Of a DNA stretch of 64,000 nt, positions 25,591 through 37,166 are shown in pieces. The stretch is taken from positions 62,746,001-62,810,000 of the forward strand of contig OZ076409.1 in the NCBI GenBank assembly GCA_964187785.1. Reading direction: 5' to 3'. The notes beneath the pieces are model-generated. The model made no database searches, was not told the DNA's origin, and saw only the letters and a program-made list of their open reading frames with translations. Each line of letters starts with the position of its first letter. Within the stretch, counting starts at the first letter, position 1. Made by a program: the position numbers and the translations under genes. This stretch comes from Amphiscolops sp. MND2022. Its lineage: Eukaryota.

Positions 25591-28500
25591 CATTGTAAGT
25601 GAAGTGCTTCCTTGACCGCTTCGCTCAGTGCATGAACCTCTGTTTCTGTCGTTGATGTGGCCACACATGTCTGTTTCTTCGCTTACAACGAGATTGCTCC
25701 ACTCCCGTAGCTGAAACTGTATCCAGTCATGCTTTTGCGGTCGTCCTTGCAGCTCGCAAAGTCCGCGTCTGGTTACCCTGTTAACTATGCCTCGCAGTTC
25801 CGCCAGCTTGTGATGCCCACGTCTCCAGTGCCCCTGAGGTACAGCTACACATGTTTCGCCCTCTACCAGTGGACCAGACTAGGTTTGTTGAGGAACGTCG
25901 ACAAGAGTTGAGGTGCAAATCCCAGGTCAGGTCTCGTCATCATCGCCAGGTAGGCAATGCTTCCTACTAGTCCTCGGTAGTCGCATCCAGCTATCTTAGA
26001 AGCATCGTCTGAGCCGTCTTCCGGCCTGTCGTCTTTGCTGATTGCACATTTCCCCGGAAAGGGAGTTGTAGCGATCGTGCAGTTGTGCATTCCGAATTTC
26101 GTCAGCAAGCAAATTCCGTACCACGATCTCTTCAGTTTTTTTTAGTTTACAGACCCTGCTTGAACTCTCTGGCTGCTCCAGAAAAATCTCTTCGTCTATG
26201 GGTGCATTGAGGTATGCGTCATGATGTCCATTTGCCGGAACTTGATGTCCTCTGACGCGGCACGCAAGCACTGTCCCCGAGGTTCACAGTCTGACCGTTG
26301 GTGAGTGCGTTTCGTGGTAGTCTAAGCTAGGTGTCTGCGTGAGGCGCCGCGCCACAAAACGTGCCTTGTACTTTCTCATTTTGCCGTCCTCGTTGACTTT
26401 CAGCGCAAGTGCTACTTCCCAGTGATCGGCTGTTGCTCCTTTGGCCGTGAAACCAGAGACCACACCTCGTTCGTCATCAAAGAATCGTACCCTCGCTGTA
26501 TCCCTGCTTTTCAGTTAGGGTCCGTCAAAGCCTCGGGTATGGATCCTGGGACTGTCGATGCCACCAATGCCTCGCTCTGTAGCGCCAGATTCTAGAGCTC
26601 GTCGCCATTACGAAGGCATCGGGTCATCGAGGCTGTCTGACATTCCTCAACTGTCGCCCTGGTTCGCTCCTCTGCGGCTGTGTGTTTTCGTCCTCGTCAT
26701 CCAAGTGTCCAGTGTTTGGAATTGTTTCGTCGGGAACTTCTGCTTACTCAACATCTGGTGAACACTTCACGTCATATAGACCAGTGTCAAAATAGAGTGT
26801 CGTCTCCACGCATCTATCGTGAGTCATGTCTGTATTGACAGATGTAACGGCTCCTGGGAAGTAGTCCATGTTGATGGTCAATTTCCTTGAAGTCCACATC
26901 TTGCTCGGCATTTGCTCGGGAGTTCCATCTCCAGCGCACACGATGAAACATTTGCTCCAGCTCGAGTAGCCCAGAAAAATCCTTGTCTGTGCCTTGCTCT
27001 CTAGTTTCTGCCTCTCCTCTGTGAGTACAAACGCTCCACATCCAAAAGGTTGCATCTCACTCAGGTTTGGTCAGAGAACAATCCATACGACGTACTTTTT
27101 CACGCAGATTGGAAACATCTGTTTTTGACATCGAAAGATGTAGCCAAAGCATAATGCCAGAGTTGTTTGCACCTCGCCATTACGGAGACAGTGCCCCACA
27201 CGCGCTCGGTTTTGCCATCCTCCTGTGGGGTGTAAGGCGCTGGGTACTCCATGACGAATGCCCCATATCTACAATGAAGAGTTCCAACTTCTCAATGAAC
27301 TCGTCTCGTGTCCGCATCTGATACATGCAGGAAATCAAGAGTGGCTGTCAGTGCACCCGATTGCATATCGGAAACCCTAGTTTGACTCCTGGTATATTGG
27401 CCCGAACACATCAGTGTGAACATTGTCCAGCTTTTTTTCGCTCTGGTGCCCGATGCCTTAATCATAGGTGCACTCTTGGCCATTTCCTCCGCTTATGTGT
27501 CACAATGCCCTGCTGCTCCGTCCTTCCGGATATGCATGCCATCGACTAGCTTCGTTAGCCGTGCCACATCATTGAAGTTGTTTTGTCCAAGTGCCCTGTT
27601 CCAGTGCACCAGTGTTCTGCTTTGGGCTGCATGGCTGCCCAATCAGGGTGACCAAACCTTGCGCCCTCCACTTCCATGTGCAATGCCTGGGAGACGTTCC
27701 ACTGGGAGCGCTCTTAGTCCAAGGTTACATACAAAATGAAGAACACGAAGAGTGTATAGGTCATCACTGGTACAAACCGAAGAAAGAACGGTCCCGTCTT
27801 GTGTCCTGGCGTTAGATGTGCTGTGCATCTACTTTTCACTCGTGTTCGACTCCCGTTGGCATTGTCCACATCGGTGTTGAATGCCTCGTCGAGGTCCTTG
27901 AAAAGAGCACTGTCCTTCACCATGAACCCATTGCAACCCGAGTCCACCAATATTCTCGAGTCTTCCCTCCTTTGAAGCCCTGTCAAAGCGTCCGAAACTG
28001 AAGATGCATTGCTTTTCTCTACCCAGGCTGGTGGCACTGGACTGCCCCTTCTTGCTCTTGCAATCCCTTGCAAGAAGGCCATTCCTATTGCACTTGAAGC
28101 ACGCCCTGCTTTCCTTTGACCTGCAGTTTTCGCCATGTGCCATTCCCTTTGGCACTTGAAGCACGTGATCGTCCTGCTGCTGTTACTCCCGCTTGAGTGA
28201 AAGCAGTTGAAGCTACGTCAGTTCCAGGCTCTGCCCTCGTGTTGGCGAAGTTGATGAGGTTCTGCTTCGTCTCCTCGTAGCCCTTTCGTTGTCCGAAGTT
28301 GAGAACAGTAGCGATGCTCTCAAAAATTGGAGGTAGGCCCTCCAACACCACTACGCTGAACAACGCTTGGGGAGTCGTCTCGCCTGCTTCTTGAAAGTCC
28401 AGCTGTGTTCCCTTAGCCCTGGTGACGTAATCGGTCACCTTCTCCTCTTGTGACAAACAACTTCAACCCATCCAGCTAAGTGAGCAACGTCGGTCGGTAT

Positions 28501-28930
28501 GCGGAGCCTCTCGGTGCTGCTGTGCCTCCCCGCAATGGCTTTCCAGGCTTTCACGCATCTGGTTTGTGAAGGCCGATGAAGTTGATTGAAGCTTTGTCCA
28601 AGCACTGAAAAGCTCGCACCAGAGCATGAAGCGCTGCTTCTTCCGCTCGTCCTCTGGATTGACTCTGACAGTTTTTTCTACCCTTGTCTCGTTTTGTTTG
28701 TAGACAGGCACAGTCATCTTGTCCTCGAGGCACTTTCCCAGATTGATCATGTGCATTCTCGCCTCATACTGCTCGCTGAACGCCGCAAAATCCTCGTCCT
28801 TGCCAGAGAAGAAGAGATTCTCCACCTTCGAGAGGGTGGCTGTAATCTCGGCAGCTGAGTGCTTGGCTCCACGTCAACTCGTCTTTGTATGTCAGTTATG
28901 GTCTGGGCCCTATACCTCTCAAAAGTGATG

Positions 28931-29061
28931 TGGAAAGCAGAATAAGATCTAACGGAATAGGATTTAAACTAATCAAAAGTCTCAAACTGACACGGATGGG
29001 ATGTTCTCCACCAATCAGAAAGCGTTAGACTTTATTCCATTAGATCTTATTCCTGTCTCTC
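28931..29061. mobile_element. 131-bp MITE with a 9-bp TSD inside the Copia LTR
   Basis: TSD AAAGTGATG at 28922-28930 and 29062-29070; imperfect TIRs with a GAATAAGATCTAA.GGAATA core. Confidence 0.85.
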
Positions 29062-29245
29062 AAAGTGATGCAGTGAATGAAAATTGAATTGATTGTTGAG
29101 ATGACACAAATGGAATTGCGAGCAATATATAAACTAATGTTTACAGGTCACAGCAGGGTCAAAAAGTAAAATTCAGTTCACTGTCTAGCAGGTACCTGTC
29201 AAGTCTGCTATCCATTTCGACTCCAATAGTTTTATCGGCTGTTTC

Positions 29246-29675
29246 TCATCCGGTCAGCTGGTCGGCTTCCAGCCATCTAAACCTGACATCCCCGCTTTAC
29301 TGAAAGTCCTTTCGTATGCTGTGTAGTCTTGTGTCTGCCCTCTCTTTTTGTGAATAAGTCCGCCATGTTGTCAGCTGAAAAGAGTTCAGGAGAATTCTTT
29401 TCTCGTTGCACTTGTCCGTGTCCTTGAGGGACGCTAGGCGCTTGGCGAAGTGTTTCGCTTGTAGCTACCATCATTCTTGGAGCCCAGTGCCAGGCACAAT
29501 TTGCAGGCGCTAAGAATAGTTGTTTGTTTCGTCTCGCCAATGCACTCCATTGTTAGTCGGCGGTTTTCTAGAGAAAAGTGCCCGACTCTTACAGTGGCTA
29601 GTTTTTTTTCGTCAGACTACAAGCTCACTCTGATTGGGCCACTTTTCTTACAATCGAAACTACTGAAACTATTAA
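29246..29675. repeat. Duplicate of 24790-25228 (Copia LTR edge, PPT, RNase H end and 5' part of the Helentron-type insert)
   Basis: Same Copia-to-insert junction (CACTCCATTGTTA.TCGGCG) in both places. Confidence 0.85.
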
Positions 29676-29679
29676 CTTT

Positions 29680-30232
29680 GGAATAACCAGTGACGTTGAA
29701 AACTATCGCCACCTCCTTCCCCCTTTATCTCATATTCTTGAGAAAAACAGTTTTTCTTGTACCCGAAATTATCAATCCTCCTAAGCAACTGTCAACATGG
29801 TTTTGCAAACAGCGCTCGACTAGTACTCAAATGTTCACGACTTTGGAATGATTATTTGACAAAGAATTCGACACTGTAGCTATTGATATCCTTGTGCAAA
29901 AGCTTTCCAATTTTGGTCTAGACGGTGTTTTTCTGAAACTGTTCTTTTCATATTTACAAAATCGAGTACACAGAGCGAGAGTCAGAAATAGCGTCTCGTC
30001 TGCAAAAACAGTAGCAGTTGTTTTCACCCAAGGAAGCATTTTGATTCCTCGGCAGTTCCTAGTTTATTTTACCGGTTCACCAGAACATATTAAGTCTTCA
30101 GTCAATCTCTCTGCTGATGACTCCAGAATACTGAGTACTGTTCCGAACGAGTTTATTGCTGACATTGGCTACTTTACCGACTGGAGCAATTCAAACAAGC
30201 TGAATATCAACCTTCAGAAGTGTCAGTACTAT
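29680..30232 (+). pseudogene. LINE RT fragment, probably continuing 23060-24789
   Basis: KEFDTV..ILVQKLSNFGL..FFSYLQNR..TQGSILIP..SADDSR. Confidence 0.75.
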
Positions 30233-30237
30233 GTTGA

Positions 30238-30746
30238 TCTCAAAAGTGATGCAGTGATTATTAATTGAATTGGTTGTTGGGATGACCGGAATGAAAATGC
30301 AAGCGATGTATACTAATGTTTATAGGTCACAGCAGGTGCCACAAAAGTACAATTCAGTTCACTGTCTGGCAGATACCTGTCAAGTCTGTTATCCATTTCG
30401 ACTCCAATAGTTTTATCGGCTGTTTCTCATCCGGTCAGCTGGTCGGCTTCCAGCCATCTAAACCTGACATCCCCGCTTTACTGAAAGTCCTTTCGTATGC
30501 TGTGTCGTCTTGTGTCTGCCCACTCTTTTTGTGAATAAGTCCGCCATGTTGTCAGCTGAAGAGAGTTCAGGAGAATTCTTTTCTCGCTGCACTTGTCCGT
30601 GTCCTTGAGGGACGCTAGGCGCATGGCGAAGTGTTTCGCCTTGTAGCTACCATTGTTCTTGGAGACCAGTGCAATGCACACTTGGGAGTCGCTAAGAATA
30701 GTTGTTTGCTTCGTTTCGCCAATGCACTCCAGGATCCCATGTAAGG
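30238..30746 (-). mobile_element. Copia RNase H end, PPT and complete 232-bp LTR (30238-30469)
   Basis: LHGILECIGETKQTTILSDSQVCIAL..KHF; LTR TGTCAGG...TTTTGAGA matches 28917-29288 without the MITE. Confidence 0.85.
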
Positions 30747-31012
30747 GGGGTCAGATACTGTGCATGCACGCTCGCCCTCGCCGTCGCAACGACCAGCTCC
30801 CACTACGGTCACTTCGCGATCTCCGTTCGTTCCCGCTGGGTCTTTGCTCCTGTTCGACCTCGCTCAGCAAGATGGGAACATAAGCATCCACGTGACGCCT
30901 ACTTTTAAGTTCAAGAAATGGAAATTCAACAGTACATTCATCGTAAGGACAGCAAGATTATTGAATGTTTTTCCCAACCGATCGGAAACAAAACACTTTC
31001 TGTGAAGGTATG

Positions 31013-32725
31013 GAACCAGTTTATAGAAAACTAGTTCGTAGAATCCAGTTTGTACAAAAGTGAAATCCAGTTGGTAGAATTTTTTTCTACAATTTTTTTC
31101 TACAGACTGGATTCTACAAATTGGTATTCTACAAATTGGTTAGGTCCACTTATGGATTACCAGTTTGTAGATTTCTGGAATAAAAGAAAAACAAAAGACC
31201 AAAAATGTAGGATTGAGGCAAGGTACAAAACGTGCCCCTTCAAACACGTAAAGTTCGAAAACATTCATAATGTGGCTTCAAATTTAACAATTCATCAGAA
31301 GAAAATCTTTTGTTTTAAAACAGAACAAGAAAAATACCATTCAGTAATTATTTCCTAGTGCACACACATATCAAGAGTCCGTTTTGAATATTAGGTTTCA
31401 TGTATATGTTGTAATATCTTATCTATACAGAATTACTGGTTTGTTGGAATCGGGACACGTATCGATGACTTTTCTCGTCACAAACTTCACAATTTTGAAA
31501 CAAGTTTACAAAAAACCAGTCTGTAGATTACAAGTTTGTAAAATTCGAGAACTGAAAAAAATCAATAAGACCAATAATGTAGGAATGGTGCAAAAAATAA
31601 AAGGGTGGCTGTATATAGGTCGAATTGTTCTGGTCGAAAGGACAGAGGTCGAACCTTTTGATCGAATTGCAGGGATCGAATGGAATGCGGTCAAACTTTA
31701 TCGTATTTGTTAACGGGCTCGGTCGCTTCGCTCCCTTCGCCAAGTAGCAACATTGAGGCATGGCCATATGGCACGTCGCTCCGCTTCGCTTCGCTCCTGC
31801 ATTCAGGGCACTAGGGGTATGTGAACATATCTGACTACGTTATAAAAATTTAGATCCGAGTTGTTTCGATCCCATTCAAAAATTTGGTATGTCGAACTGA
31901 GGACTAACTCTGATTTTCGATCCCGTTCCTTCGACCTGTTTCCGCCCACCCAAAATAAAACGGGCCTCGGATGTGTCCCTATTTCCTCTAGTGCACCGCG
32001 GCCCCTTGCGGCCGCTTATATTCTCATCTTGCTAAGCCAAGTCGAACAGGAGCAATGACCTATCGGGAATGGAGATCGCGAAGCGATCGTAGTAGGAGCT
32101 GGTCTTTGCGACGGTGAGGGCGAGTGTGCATACACCGGATTTGCCCCACATGTCATACGAAACGTTTCGGCAAATGTTTTTTGCCTGAGACGTTTCGGCA
32201 TATTTTACTTTGCCGAATCGTCCGCTGCCATGTTTTTGCCGAAACGTCCGGATTCCTGCCATATAGCCTTGCCTCAATGTTGCTACTTGGCGAAGGGAGC
32301 GAAGCGACCGAGCCATACAACAAATATGCTAACCTCTTCAATTATAATCTGAAACCAATCGCTGCTATGGAATTCTTTCGACGCTTTGTATAGCTTTGAT
32401 TTTTTAGACGGTTTGAATATTCTACGATTTGAATAGTCACCATATCAGGTCACTTGCTATAATATTTTTGGTCACTTGCTATAATCTATATATGACTGTA
32501 GCCTTTGACTGTATCAAGTGACCTCTAGCCTTTGAAAACGCTAAGTGTTTGAAAACCTTGATTCGATCTCCCTATCGTTGACTTTTTTACTTCGATCTCA
32601 GTGACAGTATGCATATTCGCGCAACTTCATTCCATCCAAACGCCCACCGCCGAATTTAATGATCCAGTTTGTAGAAAAAATTCTACAAACTGGACCACCT
32701 AGGACCAGTTTGTAGAATTCTACAA
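31013..32725 (-). mobile_element. CCAGTTTGTAG repeat family copy 3 (inverted) with nested inserts
   Basis: Reverse complement of the 19568-20540 and 21934-22580 blocks. Confidence 0.7.
31603..31951. mobile_element. 349-bp MITE (Mutator-like TSD), copy 1
   Basis: Ends GGGTGG...CCACCC; perfect 9-bp TSD AAAATAAAA; rich in TCGA motifs; second copy at 37774-38122. Confidence 0.9.
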
Positions 32726-32726
32726 G

Positions 32727-32852
32727 TTGAAAACATATGCTCCTGGTTTATTCCTTGTAATTGTCCGAAATATCAGTGCTGAGTGCGGGTTATTATGTTC
32801 TTGATATAGCTTTTACATTTAAAAGGAATTAATTCACATACTACTACTATTA
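32727..32852 (+). mobile_element. 5'-truncated LINE 3' stub with a (CTA)n tail
   Basis: ENICSWFIPCNCPKYQC* resembles the Cys-rich ORF2 end of LINE-B (FLICTCKNC); followed by a short UTR and CTACTACTATTA. Confidence 0.55.
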
Positions 32853-32855
32853 CCT

Positions 32856-32880
32856 TTGTTGTGATAAACTTATTAAATAG
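32856..32880 (+). other. Spliced-leader-like sequence at the LINE-A 5' end
   Basis: TTGTTGTGATAAACTTATTAAATAG, 24/25 identical to 38620-38644, ending 11 nt before the ATG. Confidence 0.7.
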
Positions 32881-32891
32881 TTTCAGACGCG

Positions 32892-33644
32892 ATGCCGACT
32901 ACTAGAACTGGCTCTCAATCAGACGAAGAGGGGTCCACCCACCTAATCGAATGTACTGGCAAGGGTCCCGACAAGGGAAAGGGATGCCAATCCTGGGTCC
33001 CCACATGGCTCCCGAAAAAGATCCACAAGGGTTTCATGGACCGCCCCTTCCTATGTGGCTTCTGTGCAGCAGCTGAGGTGGCCGACTTGCAGTCCAAACT
33101 TGCCAAAATTACAGAAAAGCCTCAAATCAGCGGAGAGCTGTCCAGTCTTTTCAATGCCGATTCAAACCAGCAATAAGGAAGGCGGGACAATGTCCGCATA
33201 TTTGGGGTGGAGGAGGCACCAGATGAGGACGTGTATCAGGCTGTGATCGATGTGGCAGAAAAGGCGGGATGTCAGGTATCCAGAGCGGACATCAGCATCT
33301 GCCATAGGGTTCCCAGCAGAAATGTGAAGCCTGGCCAAGGGCGCCCTATCATTGCAAAATTTGTAAGGAGACAGACCAAAATCGGGCTGATGACCAACAA
33401 AAAGAAGCTCAAGGATAGTGAAAATAAAATTTATATCAACGATGATCTCACGCTACTACGAGCAAGGTTGGCTAAGGCATTGAGGCAAAGACAAGATGTA
33501 ACTTCTGTGAACATGATTAACGAAAAAAATGTGGTGTATCAACAAAATGATACAAAAACTGTCTTTGATAGCCTCTTCAAATTATATGAATGGGATCCTG
33601 ATTTTGTCTACTCTGTATGCAAAAGTAGTCTACATTTTTGTTAG
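32892..33644 (+). pseudogene. LINE-A ORF1 with one premature stop
   Basis: PHD-like C..CQSWV..FLCGFC; QQ*GRRDNVRIFGVEE (TAA at 33174); DISICHRV..RPIIAKF..IYINDDLT. Confidence 0.85.
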
Positions 33645-36583
33645 GGGGCCCTCTAGCTTACAAATTGAAACGTAAAAAATCAAAGCCTAAACATAAAAAC
33701 AACTTAAAAGAACAAAGTGTTGAGAACGAATGGATTTTTCATTTGAACATAAGGTCTATCGACTACAATTTTGAAGAACTAGAAACGCATATAGATACTT
33801 TTCGTGAAAACAAACCGTGTATTATTTGCTTGTCCGAAACATGGATGACTGAATCCTCTGACAAAAATGCCTACGCACTAGAATCCTATGCACCTATGGA
33901 ATTTGATCCTGGTTCAACAAGAAATGAAGGTGTTGCAATATATGTCCATGAATCGCTGGCATTTGAACTTTTGGAGCTTAACATACAGAAAGATTCTATT
34001 CCTGATCTAAACTATACTGGAGTCAATTGTACCGCTAGGAATAAGGAAAAATTTACCGTTGTATGCTTATACAATTCGCCTTCCGTAAATAAACATGATT
34101 TCTTGGATCAGTTTGAGTTACTTCTTGAGTCTCTTAGTCAAATTAAGAACTACTATCTAATAGGCGATATTAATATTGACCTCTTGGAATGCAACCCTGT
34201 TGCAGATAGGTATCTGAAATTGTTGGAAATTCATGGTTGCGCCCAAGGAATCGAAGAACCAACCCGTGTAACGCTTGACTCAGAATCGTTAATCGATCAT
34301 ATAATCCATAATGACTACCAAAGACCTCTGGAATTTGGAGTTATCAAGACGTATATTACAGACCATTTTGCAACCTACGTTGATTTGAATATAAGTAAGT
34401 CTAAATCCATTCGTTCTCAACATTTTTTTAAGGATAGACCGTTTCTCCGGGACGGTAATGCAACAAATCTCTATCTAAATTACTTAAAACATTGCCTGGA
34501 ACATGTAGACTTAGGACAGAACATCAATGCATCTACTGAATCGTTTGCCAATGCAATATCGGAAGCAGTTAATGCTTTCACAGTTGAAAAACAATCAGAA
34601 CACCAAGATGCCGTAAGACCTTGGTTCACAAAGGAAGTAAAAAAGGCCTTAATTCGAAGAAATTGTAGTTTCCACAGATACAAGCGCTGTAAAACCTATC
34701 AGAACAAGCTACGCTACACAAGAGCTAGAAATAATGTGCACCAGCAGCTTCGTAAAAGCAAGCGCGAATACTACGATTCACGTCTGAATGGGCTTATCAA
34801 TAATCCTAAATGTTTCTACAAAGAACTAAACAAAATCACTGGTAAAGCAACAAAAAATTCCAACTTTGTTATCAAGAATGATAAAAATGAATTGATTACG
34901 GATGATATTGATGTGGCCGAATCGTTCAATGAAAAATTTGTTTCCATCAGTAAAACCTTAGCTGCTTCAATTGATAATGTCCCATTCACGACTTATGGTA
35001 TAAAAACTAATGAAAAATCACTATTTTTTTATCCAGCTGATGGCACTGAGATTTCGAGGATTATAAAAAATCTTAAGAACCATAAATCACCTGGTCTAGA
35101 TGGACTGACTGCAGAAATACTAAAAGTGAGTCACGATGTAATAGTTGAAAAATTAACTCATCTCGTGAATGAATCGCTAAAAAGTGGAACATTTCCTCAG
35201 GTTTTGAAAGCTGCGAGAGTGGTACCGATATACAAATCCGGCAAAAAATCTATACGTGAAAATTACAGACCCATATCTGTTTTATCAGTATTGAGCAAAA
35301 TATTTGAACGTGTTGTGCATGAACGATTATATAATTTCATGGATGAAAATAAGCTATTATACCCAAGACAATTTGGATTCAGGTCAAAACTGAGCCCCAT
35401 CCACGCTCTTTCCGATATTACAGAAATGATTAGGGATAATTCTAACCTCGATATTTCTTGTATTTTGCTTGATTTACAAAAAGCCTTCGATACAATAAAC
35501 CATGAATTTCTCTTGTATAAACTCGAAGCATACGGTGTCAGAGGGGTTTGTTTGGATTGGTTCACATCATATCTAAGTAAACGAAGTCAATGTGTTTCAA
35601 TTAACGGTAAAGTCTCAAAACCATTACTTATTGACTCCGGCATTCCTCAAGGATCTATTCTTGGCCCACTGCTCTTTATAATTTATGTAAATGATTTCCC
35701 GAACTCGTGTAAAAACATTATTCCGTTTCTCTTTGCGGATGATGCTAATTGCGTTTACGCGAGACCCAAAAATGAAACATCTACATTACAGGATGAAGTT
35801 GAACACATTCCTGGATGGATGGCTATGAATAAACTCAGTCAAAATATTCCTAAAACTGAATTGGTCCATTTTTTAAACTGCAAAGATGAAAGCATAGTAT
35901 TGAAAAATACTGAAATAACATGTACTGAATACGTTAAATATCTGGGTATCTTACTTGATAAAATTTTAACTTATGGTTTCCACGTCAAACGAGTACTGAA
36001 TAAATTAGCTAAACATGTATCCATTATTAACCGTCTAAGGCATTTCACCAGTAGTTCGGTAGTGATACGATATTATAAAACATACATGAAACCAATTATC
36101 CAATACGGACTCTTGATATATGGGTGCACGAGGAAGAGTGTACTGAATGATATATTTCTTGTTCAGAAAAAAATCCTCCGTATTACATACTTTAAAAACA
36201 GACGATATCCATCGGATGAATTGTTCAAAAGAAGCGAAATTATGAATGTTTTTGATCCATACGTATTTGAACTATTAAAATTCGCCGTGCGTTCTAGTAG
36301 AGAAAGTCAACTGCATAATATCAAGAGCGTATTTATCCACAAAAATTCACTTGTTTTTACTCGGAGTGTTTCTTCCAATATGTTTTATGTACCTGAAGCA
36401 CGAACGCAAGTTAGCCGACAATCACTAAAATATCGTGGAACTGTCTTACTGAATCATCTACTAAAAACGAAGCTATTACCTCGCAATTATGAATCTATCG
36501 GTGAAAATGAGACTAAAAGATTGATATTAAAAATTAAAAACAAAATAAGTAGCGAACGTCTGGCAGACATAGTTTTTTGTTGA
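33638..36583 (+). CDS. LINE-A ORF2: APE endonuclease + reverse transcriptase (981 codons, open)
   Basis: HLNIRS, CLSETW, GDINID, SLIDHI, TDH; NYRPIS, DLQKAFD, PQGSILGP, FADD, YLG. Confidence 0.95.
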   Translation: MLGGPLAYKLKRKKSKPKHKNNLKEQSVENEWIFHLNIRSIDYNFEELETHIDTFRENKPCIICLSETWMTESSDKNAYALESYAPMEFDPGSTRNEGVAIYVHESLAFELLELNIQKDSIPDLNYTGVNCTARNKEKFTVVCLYNSPSVNKHDFLDQFELLLESLSQIKNYYLIGDINIDLLECNPVADRYLKLLEIHGCAQGIEEPTRVTLDSESLIDHIIHNDYQRPLEFGVIKTYITDHFATYVDLNISKSKSIRSQHFFKDRPFLRDGNATNLYLNYLKHCLEHVDLGQNINASTESFANAISEAVNAFTVEKQSEHQDAVRPWFTKEVKKALIRRNCSFHRYKRCKTYQNKLRYTRARNNVHQQLRKSKREYYDSRLNGLINNPKCFYKELNKITGKATKNSNFVIKNDKNELITDDIDVAESFNEKFVSISKTLAASIDNVPFTTYGIKTNEKSLFFYPADGTEISRIIKNLKNHKSPGLDGLTAEILKVSHDVIVEKLTHLVNESLKSGTFPQVLKAARVVPIYKSGKKSIRENYRPISVLSVLSKIFERVVHERLYNFMDENKLLYPRQFGFRSKLSPIHALSDITEMIRDNSNLDISCILLDLQKAFDTINHEFLLYKLEAYGVRGVCLDWFTSYLSKRSQCVSINGKVSKPLLIDSGIPQGSILGPLLFIIYVNDFPNSCKNIIPFLFADDANCVYARPKNETSTLQDEVEHIPGWMAMNKLSQNIPKTELVHFLNCKDESIVLKNTEITCTEYVKYLGILLDKILTYGFHVKRVLNKLAKHVSIINRLRHFTSSSVVIRYYKTYMKPIIQYGLLIYGCTRKSVLNDIFLVQKKILRITYFKNRRYPSDELFKRSEIMNVFDPYVFELLKFAVRSSRESQLHNIKSVFIHKNSLVFTRSVSSNMFYVPEARTQVSRQSLKYRGTVLLNHLLKTKLLPRNYESIGENETKRLILKIKNKISSERLADIVFC

Positions 36584-36742
36584 TGCCCTTGTGTTTGGAG
36601 GGTCCTCCCCCGTTTAGGAATAATAACCTTTGGAGGGTCCCCTCTGGTGCTATATTTTTAATTGAACTGACTGCATTGTACTTAACTTCTGTACTGGTAC
36701 TATTGTTCAATTTTTTAAACATAGCATCAGAGAAAATTTAAT

Positions 36743-36774
<32 letters not shown>

Positions 36775-36776
36775 TG

Positions 36777-36971
36777 AAGTGTCTCTGGAACTAAGGGTTT
36801 ATTTAGTTGTTTGAATTTTCTTTTGTATACGTTCTCACGAGTATCTCCCTTTTATACGACGTAATACCTTTGGAGGGTCCCCCTGGTACTGTGTGCTTAT
36901 TTGGTTGTTGAGTGTTATTTGTATACGTTCATTTCTTCAGAGACGCATCAGGCTAAATTCAAATTCCTCTT
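36777..36971 (+). mobile_element. 3'-UTR relic of a related LINE
   Basis: Shares ACCTTTGGAGGGTCCCC and GCATCAG..AAATT motifs with the LINE-A 3' UTR. Confidence 0.55.
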
Positions 36972-37166
36972 GTGATAATCTGGTCTGCGATAGACTGACG
37001 ATACGTTTTGCTCAGTCCCCTGTTAGATATCAGGCGTCAGGTCCCTGGGTAACCTATTGAATCAATCTGAAGATACGGTGACAATTTGTTTGATGGTGAC
37101 GACAAAAGCAAGATAATTCACGTTTCATTTTATATTGATTTGTCCAGCTCTTTTGAAATGACAAAT

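Larger units (their letters stand above)
24790..29288 (-). mobile_element. Decayed Ty1/Copia LTR retrotransposon
   Basis: Minus strand: LTR 29288-28917, PBS-like GGTATAGGGCCCAG, gag (FFSGKDEDF; CFKC knuckle), LVDSGC protease, IN, RT (AYLNAPIDEEIFLEQP; YRGLVGSIAYLAMMTRPDL), RNase H (ENMVDLFT), PPT, truncated 3' LTR 24832-24790. Confidence 0.9.
32856..36775 (+). mobile_element. LINE-A: near-intact APE-RT non-LTR retrotransposon (CR1/L2/Jockey group)
   Basis: SL-like leader, ORF1, ORF2, 3' UTR and (TTTC)n tail 36742-36775. Confidence 0.95.
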
